In this document: in pieces, positions 1 to 9,964 of the stretch
Position numbering within the stretch: the stretch's first letter is position 1
Layout of the letters: each line of letters starts with the position of its first letter
Assembly (NCBI GenBank): GCA_964291395.2
Contig: OZ219856.1
Location: forward strand, 1,280,001-1,344,000
DNA: 64,000 bases
Source: Alphaproteobacteria bacterium
GTDB taxonomy: Bacteria; Pseudomonadota; Alphaproteobacteria; UBA2966
Direction of reading: 5' to 3'
Notes under the pieces: generated by a model
Database searches by the model: none
The model's input: the letters and a program-made list of their open reading frames with translations, nothing else
What the model was told of the DNA's origin: nothing
Program-made: the position numbers and the translations under genes

Positions 1-462
1 TTTCTTGAGGAGACCGAAATTGCCCAGCCAGGTCTCGTCGTTCAGGAGATCCACCGGCGTCAGATCGAGCAGCGGCTCCGCCGGGTGACGGCTCGCGATC
101 TGACGGATACCGCGGAAGTTGGGGAACTCCGCGTGCTCCTCGAGCTGGCGTTCGCAGTCAGGCGACGTGAAGTCGACCCAGCCGACGATGGCGTGGGGGA
201 AGCCCTGCGAGTTGGGGTCGTCCGCCACGCTTTGCAGCCAACGGGTTTCGCCCGCCGGGTTGCCGTGGTCGTAGTTGGCCTGCACGTGAACGGACTTAAC
301 GACGTTCTGGTTCCGGATGTCCGCCAGGAAATCCTCGACGAGGTAATTCCTTCGAAGTTTGGTGTTCGGCCCCCAAATGCGAATCGATTCAGGCCCCTTC
401 ATATGGGGATAGTCATGATTTTCGATATCCCACAGATGATGATGCGCATCGATGATCTGCAT
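1..462 (-). CDS. Amidohydrolase_2 family protein (sugar-lactonase-like), runs off the left edge
   Basis: Not in the ORF track; manual minus-strand translation gives MQIIDAHHHLWDIENHDYPHM...SVHVQA...ETRWLQ...GFPHAIVGWVDF...FRGIRQ, with the typical IDAHHH metal motif. Confidence 0.85.
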   Translation of the reverse strand, partial: MQIIDAHHHLWDIENHDYPHMKGPESIRIWGPNTKLRRNYLVEDFLADIRNQNVVKSVHVQANYDHGNPAGETRWLQSVADDPNSQGFPHAIVGWVDFTSPDCERQLEEHAEFPNFRGIRQIASRHPAEPLLDLTPVDLLNDETWLGNFGLLKK

Positions 463-628
463 CGTAAGAGGGCCTCCGGGCAGGTTCGGAAATCTCGGCG
501 AGGACTTCGCCAGCGGTGGAACGGAATCAGGCCGCAAATTAGAAGATAAAGGCGGGCGCCAGCAAGGTTGCGCCGGTGAGCGTTTTGCGCGGCCGACGTT
601 CGTGATATCAAGCGGTCAGGGATCGCGC

Positions 629-1714
629 ATGTCAGGATACGTGAATGAGATGACCGAGCGACTGCTCCAGCCCGTTGCGGACAAGTCCGCCTGGAAGGGA
701 GCGGACCTGGAGTCCGATACGTCGTGGTGGTTTTCGTTGGACCGGAAGCACGTCGACGAAATCGAGTCATTGATAAGTTCCCTGCGCGCTTCCGGAAGGC
801 GGCCGCCAGCGGTCTTGAGGGAAGATTTTTCCGCACCCGCTCTGGCAGCGTTGTTCTCCCGAGTTCGTAACGAGCTGGAGTCGGGCTTTGGTGTGGCCCG
901 GGTATCTGGCTTTCCGATAAGGAATTTCGACGTCGCGGACCTTGAAACCGCGTTCTGGGCGATGGGGTTGTTGATGGGTCGACCCGTCTCGCAGAACAGC
1001 GCGGGCGAAAGCATCGCCCATGTCGTCGACCGGGGTGTTTCCTATCAACAGGCCAATGCCCGCGGCTATACCACCCGTGCGGAACTTGTTCCGCACTGTG
1101 ATGCGGGTCCCGATTTCACGGGTCTGCTGTGCGTCCACCCCGCCAAAAGTGGCGGCGAGAGCTCGCTGGCGAGTTCGATGGCCATCTACAACGAGATCCT
1201 GACCAAGCATCCTGACTACCTCGATGACCTATACCGTGGCTTCTATCACGACCTCCGTGGCGAAGGGCCCACCGCCGGTCTCGACGAACTCACCAACCAC
1301 CCCATTCCCGTGTTCAGCTATTGCGAGGGTGCGTTGAGCTGTAGTTTCAATACGAAGTCCATGGAACAGGCGAATGTGAAGATGGGCACGGACTACACCG
1401 CGACGCAGCAGGCCGCCGTCGGCTGCATCTTGAACCTCGCCCGTGATCCGGCATTCCGCTACGATATGGCCTTCGAGGCCGGCGACATCCAGTTCGTCAA
1501 CAATCACACCGTCCTTCATTCCCGTAACGCTTACGAGGACTTCGACGAGCCTGATCGCCGGCGGCGACTCCTGCGCCTATGGATCGTGCAGCCGGAATGC
1601 CGCCCCTTGGATCCCCTGTTCGCCGACAGGTTCAATACGGGTCCGCGTGGGGGCGTGGCGCGGCGCGACGACCTGGGCCGGTCATTGCCCGGACTGTCGG
1701 CGGTCGAGATATGA
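629..1714 (+). CDS. TauD/TfdA family Fe(II)/2-oxoglutarate dioxygenase
   Basis: HxD (PHCD) ... H (NNHTVLHSR) ... R (RLLRLW) facial-triad pattern; start chosen at ATG 629. Confidence 0.85.
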   Translation: MSGYVNEMTERLLQPVADKSAWKGADLESDTSWWFSLDRKHVDEIESLISSLRASGRRPPAVLREDFSAPALAALFSRVRNELESGFGVARVSGFPIRNFDVADLETAFWAMGLLMGRPVSQNSAGESIAHVVDRGVSYQQANARGYTTRAELVPHCDAGPDFTGLLCVHPAKSGGESSLASSMAIYNEILTKHPDYLDDLYRGFYHDLRGEGPTAGLDELTNHPIPVFSYCEGALSCSFNTKSMEQANVKMGTDYTATQQAAVGCILNLARDPAFRYDMAFEAGDIQFVNNHTVLHSRNAYEDFDEPDRRRRLLRLWIVQPECRPLDPLFADRFNTGPRGGVARRDDLGRSLPGLSAVEI

Positions 1715-2460
1715 GCGGAACGCTCGAAGGCAAGGCCGCCGTCGTTACGGGCGGGGCAGGCGGCATCGGTTCGGCCGTCAGCAAGCTGCTGGCCTCGAGC
1801 GGTGCTCGCGTCGTCGTGGCCTACAACCGCAACGAGGAGCGAGCGCGGGAACTCGTCAACAATCTTCCCGGGAACGGACACTTCGCCGAGCACGTTGCGA
1901 TCGAGGACGGGACCTCGCTGGCCACGTTCGCCGAGGCGGTGGAAGCGCATTTCGGAGACCTCGACATTTTGGTCAACAATGCGGCGACCACGCGTTTCAT
2001 CCCTCACGATGATCTCGCGGAACTGGACGACGAGCTGTTCGACAGGATCATGCAGGTGAACGTCCGCGGTTCCTTCGCCTGTATCCGCGCGCTTCGTCCG
2101 TTGCTCGAAGCGGGAGAGAGGGGCCTGATCGTCAACATGTCCTCGATCGCTGCCGTAATCGGACTAGGCAGCAATGTCGCCTACTGCGCCTCGAAGGCGG
2201 CGCTTGACAGCGTGACGCGATCTTTGGCCCGGGTGCTGGCGCCCAAGATTCGCGTCGTCTCGGTCGCCCCGGGAGTGGTCGACACCCCTTGGATCGGGAG
2301 TTTCGACAAACAGTGGCAGGACCAACAGATGGCGCGAACGCCGCTCGAGGAATTCGCTCAGCCCGAAGACGTGGCGCAGGCGGTTCTCGCCGTTGCAGTC
2401 AATCTGAGATCGACGACCGGCAGCGTCGTCACCGTGGACGGTGGCCGCCTTCTCGGTTAG
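1711..2460 (+). CDS. Short-chain dehydrogenase/reductase
   Basis: TGGAGGIG, LVNNAA, YCASK motifs; ATGA overlap with the upstream stop. Confidence 0.9.
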   Translation: MSGTLEGKAAVVTGGAGGIGSAVSKLLASSGARVVVAYNRNEERARELVNNLPGNGHFAEHVAIEDGTSLATFAEAVEAHFGDLDILVNNAATTRFIPHDDLAELDDELFDRIMQVNVRGSFACIRALRPLLEAGERGLIVNMSSIAAVIGLGSNVAYCASKAALDSVTRSLARVLAPKIRVVSVAPGVVDTPWIGSFDKQWQDQQMARTPLEEFAQPEDVAQAVLAVAVNLRSTTGSVVTVDGGRLLG

Positions 2461-2508
2461 CTGCGCGATCTCCTTAACTCTCGTCGTTTCATATGATCGG
2501 AGACCTGG

Positions 2509-3222
2509 ATGACGGACAAGCCATTGAGTAGGGAAGAATTGATCCCGCTGCGGGAGCTCGATACGCCGACGATTTACAACACGATAGAGATGCTGCGGCC
2601 GGAACGTCAGGGCTTCGGATACACGACGGACACGATGGTTTGCGTCGATCCCGGCCTTCCGCCTCTCGTCGGGTATGCCAAGACTGCTGCGATTCGGAGT
2701 ACGCGGCCGTCCGGCAAGCCTGCCGATCAGGTGCGGCAGATTCGCCTCGACTACTTCCGATACGTTGCGGCCGATCCCGTCCCCGGCATCGCGGTGATCC
2801 AGGATCTCGACGGCGATCACGCGGGGTACGGCTCTTTTTGGGGCGAGGTAACGTCGACGGCGCTGAATGCATTGGGATGTATCGGCGGGATCACGGATGG
2901 CAGCATCCGGGACGTCGACGCCATCGCGCCGGGGTTTCAGCTTCTGGCCCGCAAGATCGTGCCGAGCCGCGCCTTTGTGCACCTGGTCGACTTCGAATGC
3001 GACGTCAATATCCTCGGCATGGTCGTCCGGCCGGGGGATCTCGTTCACGCGGACCGGCACGGGGCCGTCGTCATTCCTCACGACCTATCCCGCGACATCG
3101 CCAGGGGTGCCGATCTCATCGCGCGCCGGGAAAAGATCATTTTGAATGCCGCCCGGAGTCCGGGTTTTACTGTCGATGCACTGGAAAGGGCGATGGACGA
3201 AGTGTCCCAACTCAAGGAGTGA
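2509..3222 (+). CDS. RraA / HMG-aldolase family protein
   Basis: SFWGEV, ITDGSIRDV, VRPGDLVHADRHGAVVIP motifs. Confidence 0.85.
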   Translation: MTDKPLSREELIPLRELDTPTIYNTIEMLRPERQGFGYTTDTMVCVDPGLPPLVGYAKTAAIRSTRPSGKPADQVRQIRLDYFRYVAADPVPGIAVIQDLDGDHAGYGSFWGEVTSTALNALGCIGGITDGSIRDVDAIAPGFQLLARKIVPSRAFVHLVDFECDVNILGMVVRPGDLVHADRHGAVVIPHDLSRDIARGADLIARREKIILNAARSPGFTVDALERAMDEVSQLKE

Positions 3223-3234
3223 TCAGGCGGGGTT

Positions 3235-4002
3235 TCAAGAATCGCTCGATGGGCTTCGATGAACAAGCCGAGGGCCGAACGTCTGAGCCACGGGCATGAC
3301 CTCGAGCGTATTGACGTTAACGTGTGACGGGAGCGTGACGACGTCGAGGAGGACTTGGGCGACGTCGGCGGCGGTCATGGCTTTGAAGTCCTCGTAGAAG
3401 TTGGCGTCGGGATTGCCCGTTCTCACGATGTCGAATTCCGTCTCCGACATACCCGGCGAGATCGATGTGACTCGGACGTTTCGGCCGATGAGGTCACCCC
3501 GCGTGTTCATTGCGAACTGGGTGACGAACGATTTCGTGGCGCCGTAAACCGGGCCACCGGGTCCGTAGTGGTTTCCGGCCACCGATGCCACGTTGATCAC
3601 GTGGCCTCGATCGCGGATCACCATGCCCGGCATGATTGCCCGCGTGCAATACAGGACGCCCTTGATATTCGTGTCGATCATCGTCTCCCATTCGTCAATA
3701 TCCGCCTCCCAGGCCGGTGCCCGGCCGATCGCCAACCCCGCGTTGTTGACGAGAATCGAGATTTCGGCAAAGTCGTCGGGGAGATCTGAAACGGCGGCTT
3801 CAACCGCGTGTCGGTCACGCACATCGAGGGTGATCGCCAAGCAATTGTCGCCCAGTTCCGATCGCAGTTTCTCCAACCGGTCGGTGCGGCGTCCGGACGC
3901 GATAACACGCGCGCCTTCCGCGACGAACAGCTTGGCGGTGGCTTTTCCGAAACCTGCGGTTGCGCCGGTGATGAAGGCAATCTCGCCATCGAGTTTCGCC
4001 AT
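3235..4002 (-). CDS. SDR, YdfG-like NADP-dependent 3-hydroxy acid dehydrogenase
   Basis: ITGATAGFG, LVNNAGLA, YGATK, LPSHVNVNTLEVMPVAQ; AGGAG RBS before ATG 4002. Confidence 0.85.
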   Translation of the reverse strand: MAKLDGEIAFITGATAGFGKATAKLFVAEGARVIASGRRTDRLEKLRSELGDNCLAITLDVRDRHAVEAAVSDLPDDFAEISILVNNAGLAIGRAPAWEADIDEWETMIDTNIKGVLYCTRAIMPGMVIRDRGHVINVASVAGNHYGPGGPVYGATKSFVTQFAMNTRGDLIGRNVRVTSISPGMSETEFDIVRTGNPDANFYEDFKAMTAADVAQVLLDVVTLPSHVNVNTLEVMPVAQTFGPRLVHRSPSSDS

Positions 4003-4157
4003 GAAGATGCTCCTGGATTTCAAAATTTCGATCAAACGGAAACGCTTCCCGACGGCATGGGAACCACGGGGGTACTCTCAGACCACTTGAGGTAATGCGC
4101 CTCCGCGACGGTTGGGGAATCGATGAGGAAAGCGGTTCCAGTCAAACCGGAACCGAT

Positions 4158-4658
4158 CTAGCTTCCGGCAACCCTTGTGACGGCAACGACCCCTGCTTCA
4201 CCGCCGCTTCCCGGCTGTGCGGCTGGCTCCGGCGCCAGGGCAGCCCCCATCTCGAACGGCCGCGCGATCTCCTGGTCCGCCGATTCATTCTTGGCGCGCG
4301 TCAGCTGGCCTTCGATGTACGCTCCCGACTCCACCGAAAGGACCTCGTGCCAAATATCACCGATCACCCTGGCGGTCTTGGCGATCCTGATATTTCCGGC
4401 ACGAACTTTTCCCGAAACTGCGCCATGAATCTCAACGTCTTCCGCGAAGATTTCACCGTTGATCGACGCTTTTTCACCGACGGTCAGCGATTGTGACGTG
4501 ATGTCGCCCTCAATGCTTCCATCGACCTGCACTTCGCCGTCCGTACTGAGATTGCCGATGATATGCAGATTGACGCTGATGATTGACGGAGCGGCTTTGA
4601 CGCCTCCTGCCGAGTTGGCCGAAACACTCCTCTTGTCTCGTTCATTCTTTGAAAACAT
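4158..4658 (-). CDS. bacA: Bactofilin (polymer-forming cytoskeletal protein)
   Basis: N-terminal MFSK peptide; PSIIS...GEVQVDGSIEGDI...LTVGEKASINGEI beta-helix repeats. Confidence 0.9.
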   Translation of the reverse strand: MFSKNERDKRSVSANSAGGVKAAPSIISVNLHIIGNLSTDGEVQVDGSIEGDITSQSLTVGEKASINGEIFAEDVEIHGAVSGKVRAGNIRIAKTARVIGDIWHEVLSVESGAYIEGQLTRAKNESADQEIARPFEMGAALAPEPAAQPGSGGEAGVVAVTRVAGS

Positions 4659-5961
4659 ATTTACCCGCCTTCAGGAATTTCCCCGGGTCTTGTGGTCGTC
4701 CCTTGAACAGTACTTCGTAATGGACGTGCGAACCAGTACTGCGCCCCGTATTCCCCATCATGCCGATTTTCTGTCGATATTTAATTTTCTCACCCTTTTT
4801 TACGAGAATCTTGTGGAGATGTGCGTATCGAGTCCTGATATCGAGGCCATGGTCGATCTCCACGAACCGGCCGTAGGGTCCTTTCCGGCCCGCGTACGTC
4901 ACCACTCCCGCCGCCGTCGCGCGAACGAAGGTCTTGAGCGGTCCGGCCAAATCCAGCCCGTAGTGCATTTCCCAGCGCTTGGTGAACGGGTCGCGGCGCT
5001 TGCCGAATCCGCTGGAGACATAGTAGTGATCCGCCGGCGGGGTCAGAGGTAACGTCTTCAGAACCTGTTGCAGTCCTTCCCAGCGAGCCAAATGCAGCTC
5101 CAGCGCCAGGACGCTGTTTTCGAATTCGTTCCCCATGCCGGCGAAACTGGCGAGCGGTCCGCCTTGGCCAGACTTGCCCGCATCGGTCAGACGCAGCAGG
5201 TCGCCGACGTCGAGACCCGTGAGTTTGACCATCGACTCCATCTCTCCCACGCCGACATGGGTCCGGTCCCGGATTCGATCGATAAGATCACGCTGAGAAG
5301 ATTTCAACTCGCTCAGGCGTTGCTCGAGCCTCACCATGCGCTTGGCGGCAGAACTGTGCAGTTGACGCGCGCCATCCCGGTCCTTTGTGACTTGACTCAA
5401 CGACAGCCGCGTCTTTCTGAGCGAATCGGACAGGCTGGAGTTGCGTGATGAGGTCGCATCCAGATCCGTTTCCAATTGCTCCACTTGCGCCTTTAGTGCC
5501 CGCTTGATTGTGAGGGCCTGATCCCGTTCACTCGTGATTGTACCGAGTTTGTCCGTCAGTTCGCTCAGCCGTTCTTCCAGCGATCTCTTGTAGTGAACTA
5601 GGTCCGATAGCTGCTTGTGCTTGGCTTCGAGGTCGCTGGTCAGCGAAACGAAGTGGTCCTGCGTGTCCGAAAGTTCCAAGGCGAGTTGCTCATACGCCGC
5701 TTCCATATTCGCGATTTGGCGATCCTTGGACTCGATGATCTGATCCTTGAACAGGAGATAGACGGACGCGAAAATCACCCAACCGAATGACGCGATGAGG
5801 ACTGTGGCCACAATGCCTTGCGCAGGCTTGTTTAGCGAAATGAACCGAACATTTCCCTGGCTGCGGTAGTAGAACTGCCGCTCCGGAAACATCCGGTCGG
5901 TCAACTCAGTGAAAATGGCGCGCCAATCCCTGTTGTGGCTTTTTTTCATTATCGAGCCCAC
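4642..5961 (-). CDS. Membrane-anchored coiled-coil M23 peptidase (LmdC-like)
   Basis: N-terminal FPERQFYYRS region, TM helix, long coiled coil, HYGLDLA and HVH M23 zinc motifs; overlaps the bactofilin start by 17 bp. Confidence 0.9.
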   Translation of the reverse strand: MGSIMKKSHNRDWRAIFTELTDRMFPERQFYYRSQGNVRFISLNKPAQGIVATVLIASFGWVIFASVYLLFKDQIIESKDRQIANMEAAYEQLALELSDTQDHFVSLTSDLEAKHKQLSDLVHYKRSLEERLSELTDKLGTITSERDQALTIKRALKAQVEQLETDLDATSSRNSSLSDSLRKTRLSLSQVTKDRDGARQLHSSAAKRMVRLEQRLSELKSSQRDLIDRIRDRTHVGVGEMESMVKLTGLDVGDLLRLTDAGKSGQGGPLASFAGMGNEFENSVLALELHLARWEGLQQVLKTLPLTPPADHYYVSSGFGKRRDPFTKRWEMHYGLDLAGPLKTFVRATAAGVVTYAGRKGPYGRFVEIDHGLDIRTRYAHLHKILVKKGEKIKYRQKIGMMGNTGRSTGSHVHYEVLFKGRPQDPGKFLKAGKYVFKE

Positions 5962-6121
5962 GGTCTCGTAAATCGGTGCACTGTGGATTCGTGGCTGGCG
6001 GACGGCGCAACAGGTCCGACACCGGGTCTCTTGGTCCAGTCACCACGAATGTGCTCGATCCTCATTCCATCTCTTGGAGACGACCAGGCACGAACCCGTG
6101 GCCTCACTTGCCCAGACCCTC

Positions 6122-6607
6122 TCAGGTCATGGCGCTCGCGGCGTCCAGCACTTCTTCGACGTGACCCCGTATTTTCACCTTCCTCCACACACGCTTCACT
6201 TTCGCACTTTTGTCGATCAGGAACGTTGCCCGCTCAATGCCCATGTATGTCCGTCCATACATGCTCTTTTCGACCCAGACGCCGTAATCGGAACACAGTT
6301 TGCCCTCCTCATCTGATATCAGTGTCACGCCCAGATCATGCTTGTTCTTGAATTTCTGATGTTTGGCGACGCTATCCCTGGATGCTCCCAAAACAACCGT
6401 GTCAAGCGTCGCGAAGTCCTTTAGAGCCTCCGTAAATCCGATCGCCTCCTTCGTACATCCCGACGTGTCGTCCTTCGGGTAAAAATAGAGGACGACGTTC
6501 TTTCCACGAAAATCCTTCAAAGCGACCGACGTGCCGTCATCGCTGGGTAGTGAAAAGTCTGGGGCCCGATCTCCCTCTTGAGGCCCGGTACCTTTCGGCT
6601 GGGTCAC
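6122..6607 (-). CDS. bcp: Peroxiredoxin BCP
   Basis: VVLYFYPKDDTSGCTKEA motif. Confidence 0.93.
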   Translation of the reverse strand: MTQPKGTGPQEGDRAPDFSLPSDDGTSVALKDFRGKNVVLYFYPKDDTSGCTKEAIGFTEALKDFATLDTVVLGASRDSVAKHQKFKNKHDLGVTLISDEEGKLCSDYGVWVEKSMYGRTYMGIERATFLIDKSAKVKRVWRKVKIRGHVEEVLDAASAMT

Positions 6608-6881
6608 CCTCTTGAACTCCTGACTTTGCCTAGAGGATTTTCATTGGGACGCGTGGCAGCTGCACACCACTCAAAGCCTCAGCAATTTTGCCTTCCTCTG
6701 AGATCGGCGGCAAGCATAGCTCCTCTATTTTCACGGCATTCGGTCGCACGATAACGGTGCGGTCCCCATCCCGCTTCGTCTCGGCAGGAGATCTTTCAAA
6801 AATTGAAAAATCATTTAATAACAATCTGATATTTGTCTTTTCTATCATGTCGTAGAAACAACAGTGTTCGAGAGGCCGCGA

Positions 6882-9854
6882 TCAGTTGAACGTGCCGCCG
6901 TGCTCTGCCGCGGTTTTGGCCTGGGCTGGGCCGACGATGAGTTCCCGTAACCGCCGATGAACCCGACGTTCGGTATCGATGATCGTCGATTTCAGGGCCT
7001 CGAAGCTTTCCTCCCCCGTCGCTCGCGCCAACGCTTGTCGGAGGCCTTCCGGCGCCTGTTCTTCCACGAAACCGGCTTGAAGAGTTTGTCTTAGAAATCC
7101 TTGGGCGTTCCTGAACAGCTGCAAGGCCTCGGTTAGCTCGTCTGCCAATTCATCATCGATGACCCGAGCCTCTCGTAGCGCGCGGATTGCGTCCGACGTG
7201 CCTCCAGCGGCGATCGATGCATGATCGCAGGCGTGGCGGAGAATCAGGTACTGGCACAGGAACTCCAACTCAAACAGACCTCCGAGCGCGTGCTTGATCT
7301 GCCACGGGTTCTCGGTGCCGTGCTCGCGTCCGATTCGCTCATACATCTCCATTACGTCCTGGAGGAGTTTTGCGGGGTCCCGGCGCAGACGCACGACCGT
7401 GTCGATGATTCCTTCAATTCGATTTCGCAGGTCAGGGGGCGCCAGCACGACACGCGCTCGGGTCAAGGCCATGTGCTCCCATGTCCAGGCCCTGTTGTAT
7501 TGGTACTCCTCGAACCCTTCTACGTGGACCGCGATTGGCCCGCTTGCACCGGACGGACGGAGGCGCATATCGACTTCGTACAGCCGACCCTCCGCAGTTG
7601 GTGCCGAGACGGCATTGATGACGCGCTTGCTGAGCCGAGAGTAGTACTCGCCAACAGCTAGAGGACGTTCGCCATGGGAATATTTTTCCGTGGCAGGACA
7701 ATCGTAAATAAAGGCTAGGTCCAAGTCGGACTCCGGGGTGAGTTCCCTGGCCCCGTACTTGCCAAGGGCGACAATGGCGAACGCACCGCCCGGAATTTCA
7801 CCGTGGGCTTGCACGAATTCGGTTTTCGCTGCGGCAAAGAGCTCTCCCAACAGAACATCAGCGACATCCGCCAGCCTTGGGCCCACATCCGTCACGGAGG
7901 CGACGTTCCGCAGGATGTGCACACCGGCCTGGAATGCCTGGTCGTGACCCCATCGCCGAGAGCTGTCGAGCACCTCCTCGTAATGCCCGCAGTCGGCGAG
8001 CGTCCGAGACAACTCGTGAGCGAGCCGATCCACTTCAGGGATGGGATCGTAGAAGTCTGCACTCAGAACGTTGTCCATGAGGCGGGGATTGCGTGCCAGA
8101 TGCTCGGCCAGCCTCGGCGCGCTGCCCATGATTTCCGCCATCAGCTCGAGAAGGCCGGGATTGGCGTAGAACAGGGAGAATATCTGAACGCCGGCGGGCA
8201 ACTTGGCCAGGAACTCGTCGAACTTGAGGATGGCGGCATCGGGATTGACCGTGCCGGCGAACGCTCGCAGCAGCGCCGGGGTGAGTTCGGTGAGCAATTC
8301 CCTGGCGCGTGCGCTCCGCATCGCTCGATAGCGGCCGTGATGCCAGTTTCGAATCAGGGCCGCTGCTGTCGAGGACTCGCCGTATCCGAGTTCGACCAAC
8401 GTGGAAAGCGTCTCCGGGTCGTCTTCAGTGCCTGTGAAGACGAGGCTTCCGACGTCTCCCAGGGCCGGAGCGTGCTCGAAGAGCCGCGCAAAGTGCCGTT
8501 CGACCGTTCGCAACGTACGCAGTGTCTCGGCGACGAAAGCCTCGGTGCCGGGGACGCCCATGAAGGTGGCTACGTACGCCAGGCCGTCTTCGGTTTCCGG
8601 CACGGTATGCGTCTGCTCATCCGCGATCATCTGCAAACGGTGTTCGAGGCGCCGCAGATATTCGTAGGCGTGCACCATATCGTCGGCGACACTCCGCTCG
8701 ATGCGCCCGCAAGCCTCGAGTGCCCAGAGGGCCCCGCAGGTATCCGGAACCCTGAGGGTCGGGTCACGCCCTCCGGCGATCAGCTGCTGGGTTTGAGCGA
8801 AGAATTCGATCTCTCGGATACCGCCTCTTCCCACCTTGACGTTGTGGCCGGGAACCGTGACCGATCTATGTCCGCGATGCGCGTGAATCTGCCTCTTGAT
8901 CGAGTGAATATCCTCGATGGCGGCGAAATCCAGATACTTCCGCCAAATGAAGGGAGAGATGCGGCTCATGAAGGCGCGACCGGCGGCGATGTCGCCGGCG
9001 ACGGGGCGGGCCTTGATCAACGCTGCTCTCTCCCAGTTCTGTCCGACACTCTCGTAGTAACCTTCCGCCGCCGCCATGGACATCGCCAATGGTGAACTGC
9101 CCGTGTCGGGCCGCAATCTCAGATCAATCCGGAACACATGCCCGACGCTTGTCCGGGACTGCAGCAGATGTATCAGGTCCCGGGTCAGGCGCACGAAAAG
9201 ATCCTGAGCCGATTTGTTGCCCGTGTAAGGGACCCGTTCCTGGTCGAACAGCGCGATCAGGTCTATATCGCTGGAATAGTTCAGTTCGTTGGCGCCGAGC
9301 TTACCCATGCCGATGACGGTGAAGCCGCTCTCCTCCGAGGGGTGTTCCTCGTCGCGAAGTTGCAGGTTCCCGGCGTCGGCGGCCTGCGCCAGAAGGTGAT
9401 TCACCGCCGCCCCAATGGAGCCTGCCGCGAATTCACTCAGAGCGCTCGTAACCTCGTCCAAAGACCAGGCGTCGGCGATGTCTGCGGCCGCGACAAGAAG
9501 GGCCATCTTCGTGCGGGTGTCCCGCAAGGTCGACATCAACGAGCTTTGCTCCGAGTCCCGGATTACCCGGACCGTATCGAGAATCTGGGCGCCAAGTTGG
9601 GTCGGCCCCATCTCGAACAGATCCCGTGCGAAGGGAATGTTTCGCAACAAACATCGGGAAAGAAAGGGGCTGTTGCCGAGTATCGCGGCTAGAAAGTCAT
9701 GGCCCGTCGGATCCGCCGATACATGCCGGGCGAAACCGTCCAGTGCCGGGTCCTCGGATGCGGCCGCCCGATCATGCCACTCCTCGAGGCCGTGCTTGAA
9801 GCGTTCCGACGAGTATGGCGCAGGAAGATCTTTGATCTGTGATAAAAACAGCAA
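6882..9854 (-). CDS. glnE: Bifunctional glutamine synthetase adenylyltransferase/adenylyl-removing enzyme
   Basis: Two nucleotidyltransferase domains (GKLGANELNYSSDIDL; GKYGARELTPESDLDL), KVGRGGIREIEF. Confidence 0.96.
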   Translation of the reverse strand: MLFLSQIKDLPAPYSSERFKHGLEEWHDRAAASEDPALDGFARHVSADPTGHDFLAAILGNSPFLSRCLLRNIPFARDLFEMGPTQLGAQILDTVRVIRDSEQSSLMSTLRDTRTKMALLVAAADIADAWSLDEVTSALSEFAAGSIGAAVNHLLAQAADAGNLQLRDEEHPSEESGFTVIGMGKLGANELNYSSDIDLIALFDQERVPYTGNKSAQDLFVRLTRDLIHLLQSRTSVGHVFRIDLRLRPDTGSSPLAMSMAAAEGYYESVGQNWERAALIKARPVAGDIAAGRAFMSRISPFIWRKYLDFAAIEDIHSIKRQIHAHRGHRSVTVPGHNVKVGRGGIREIEFFAQTQQLIAGGRDPTLRVPDTCGALWALEACGRIERSVADDMVHAYEYLRRLEHRLQMIADEQTHTVPETEDGLAYVATFMGVPGTEAFVAETLRTLRTVERHFARLFEHAPALGDVGSLVFTGTEDDPETLSTLVELGYGESSTAAALIRNWHHGRYRAMRSARARELLTELTPALLRAFAGTVNPDAAILKFDEFLAKLPAGVQIFSLFYANPGLLELMAEIMGSAPRLAEHLARNPRLMDNVLSADFYDPIPEVDRLAHELSRTLADCGHYEEVLDSSRRWGHDQAFQAGVHILRNVASVTDVGPRLADVADVLLGELFAAAKTEFVQAHGEIPGGAFAIVALGKYGARELTPESDLDLAFIYDCPATEKYSHGERPLAVGEYYSRLSKRVINAVSAPTAEGRLYEVDMRLRPSGASGPIAVHVEGFEEYQYNRAWTWEHMALTRARVVLAPPDLRNRIEGIIDTVVRLRRDPAKLLQDVMEMYERIGREHGTENPWQIKHALGGLFELEFLCQYLILRHACDHASIAAGGTSDAIRALREARVIDDELADELTEALQLFRNAQGFLRQTLQAGFVEEQAPEGLRQALARATGEESFEALKSTIIDTERRVHRRLRELIVGPAQAKTAAEHGGTFN

Positions 9855-9964
9855 TACGCGCGTTCCTTGACGTCAAGGTATGAGGCACACTGCGAAATAG
9901 GGCGACGGCGGTCAAGGATCGCCTATTCCGCGGTTCGCACTTCCAGATACGGCGCAAAAGACCA

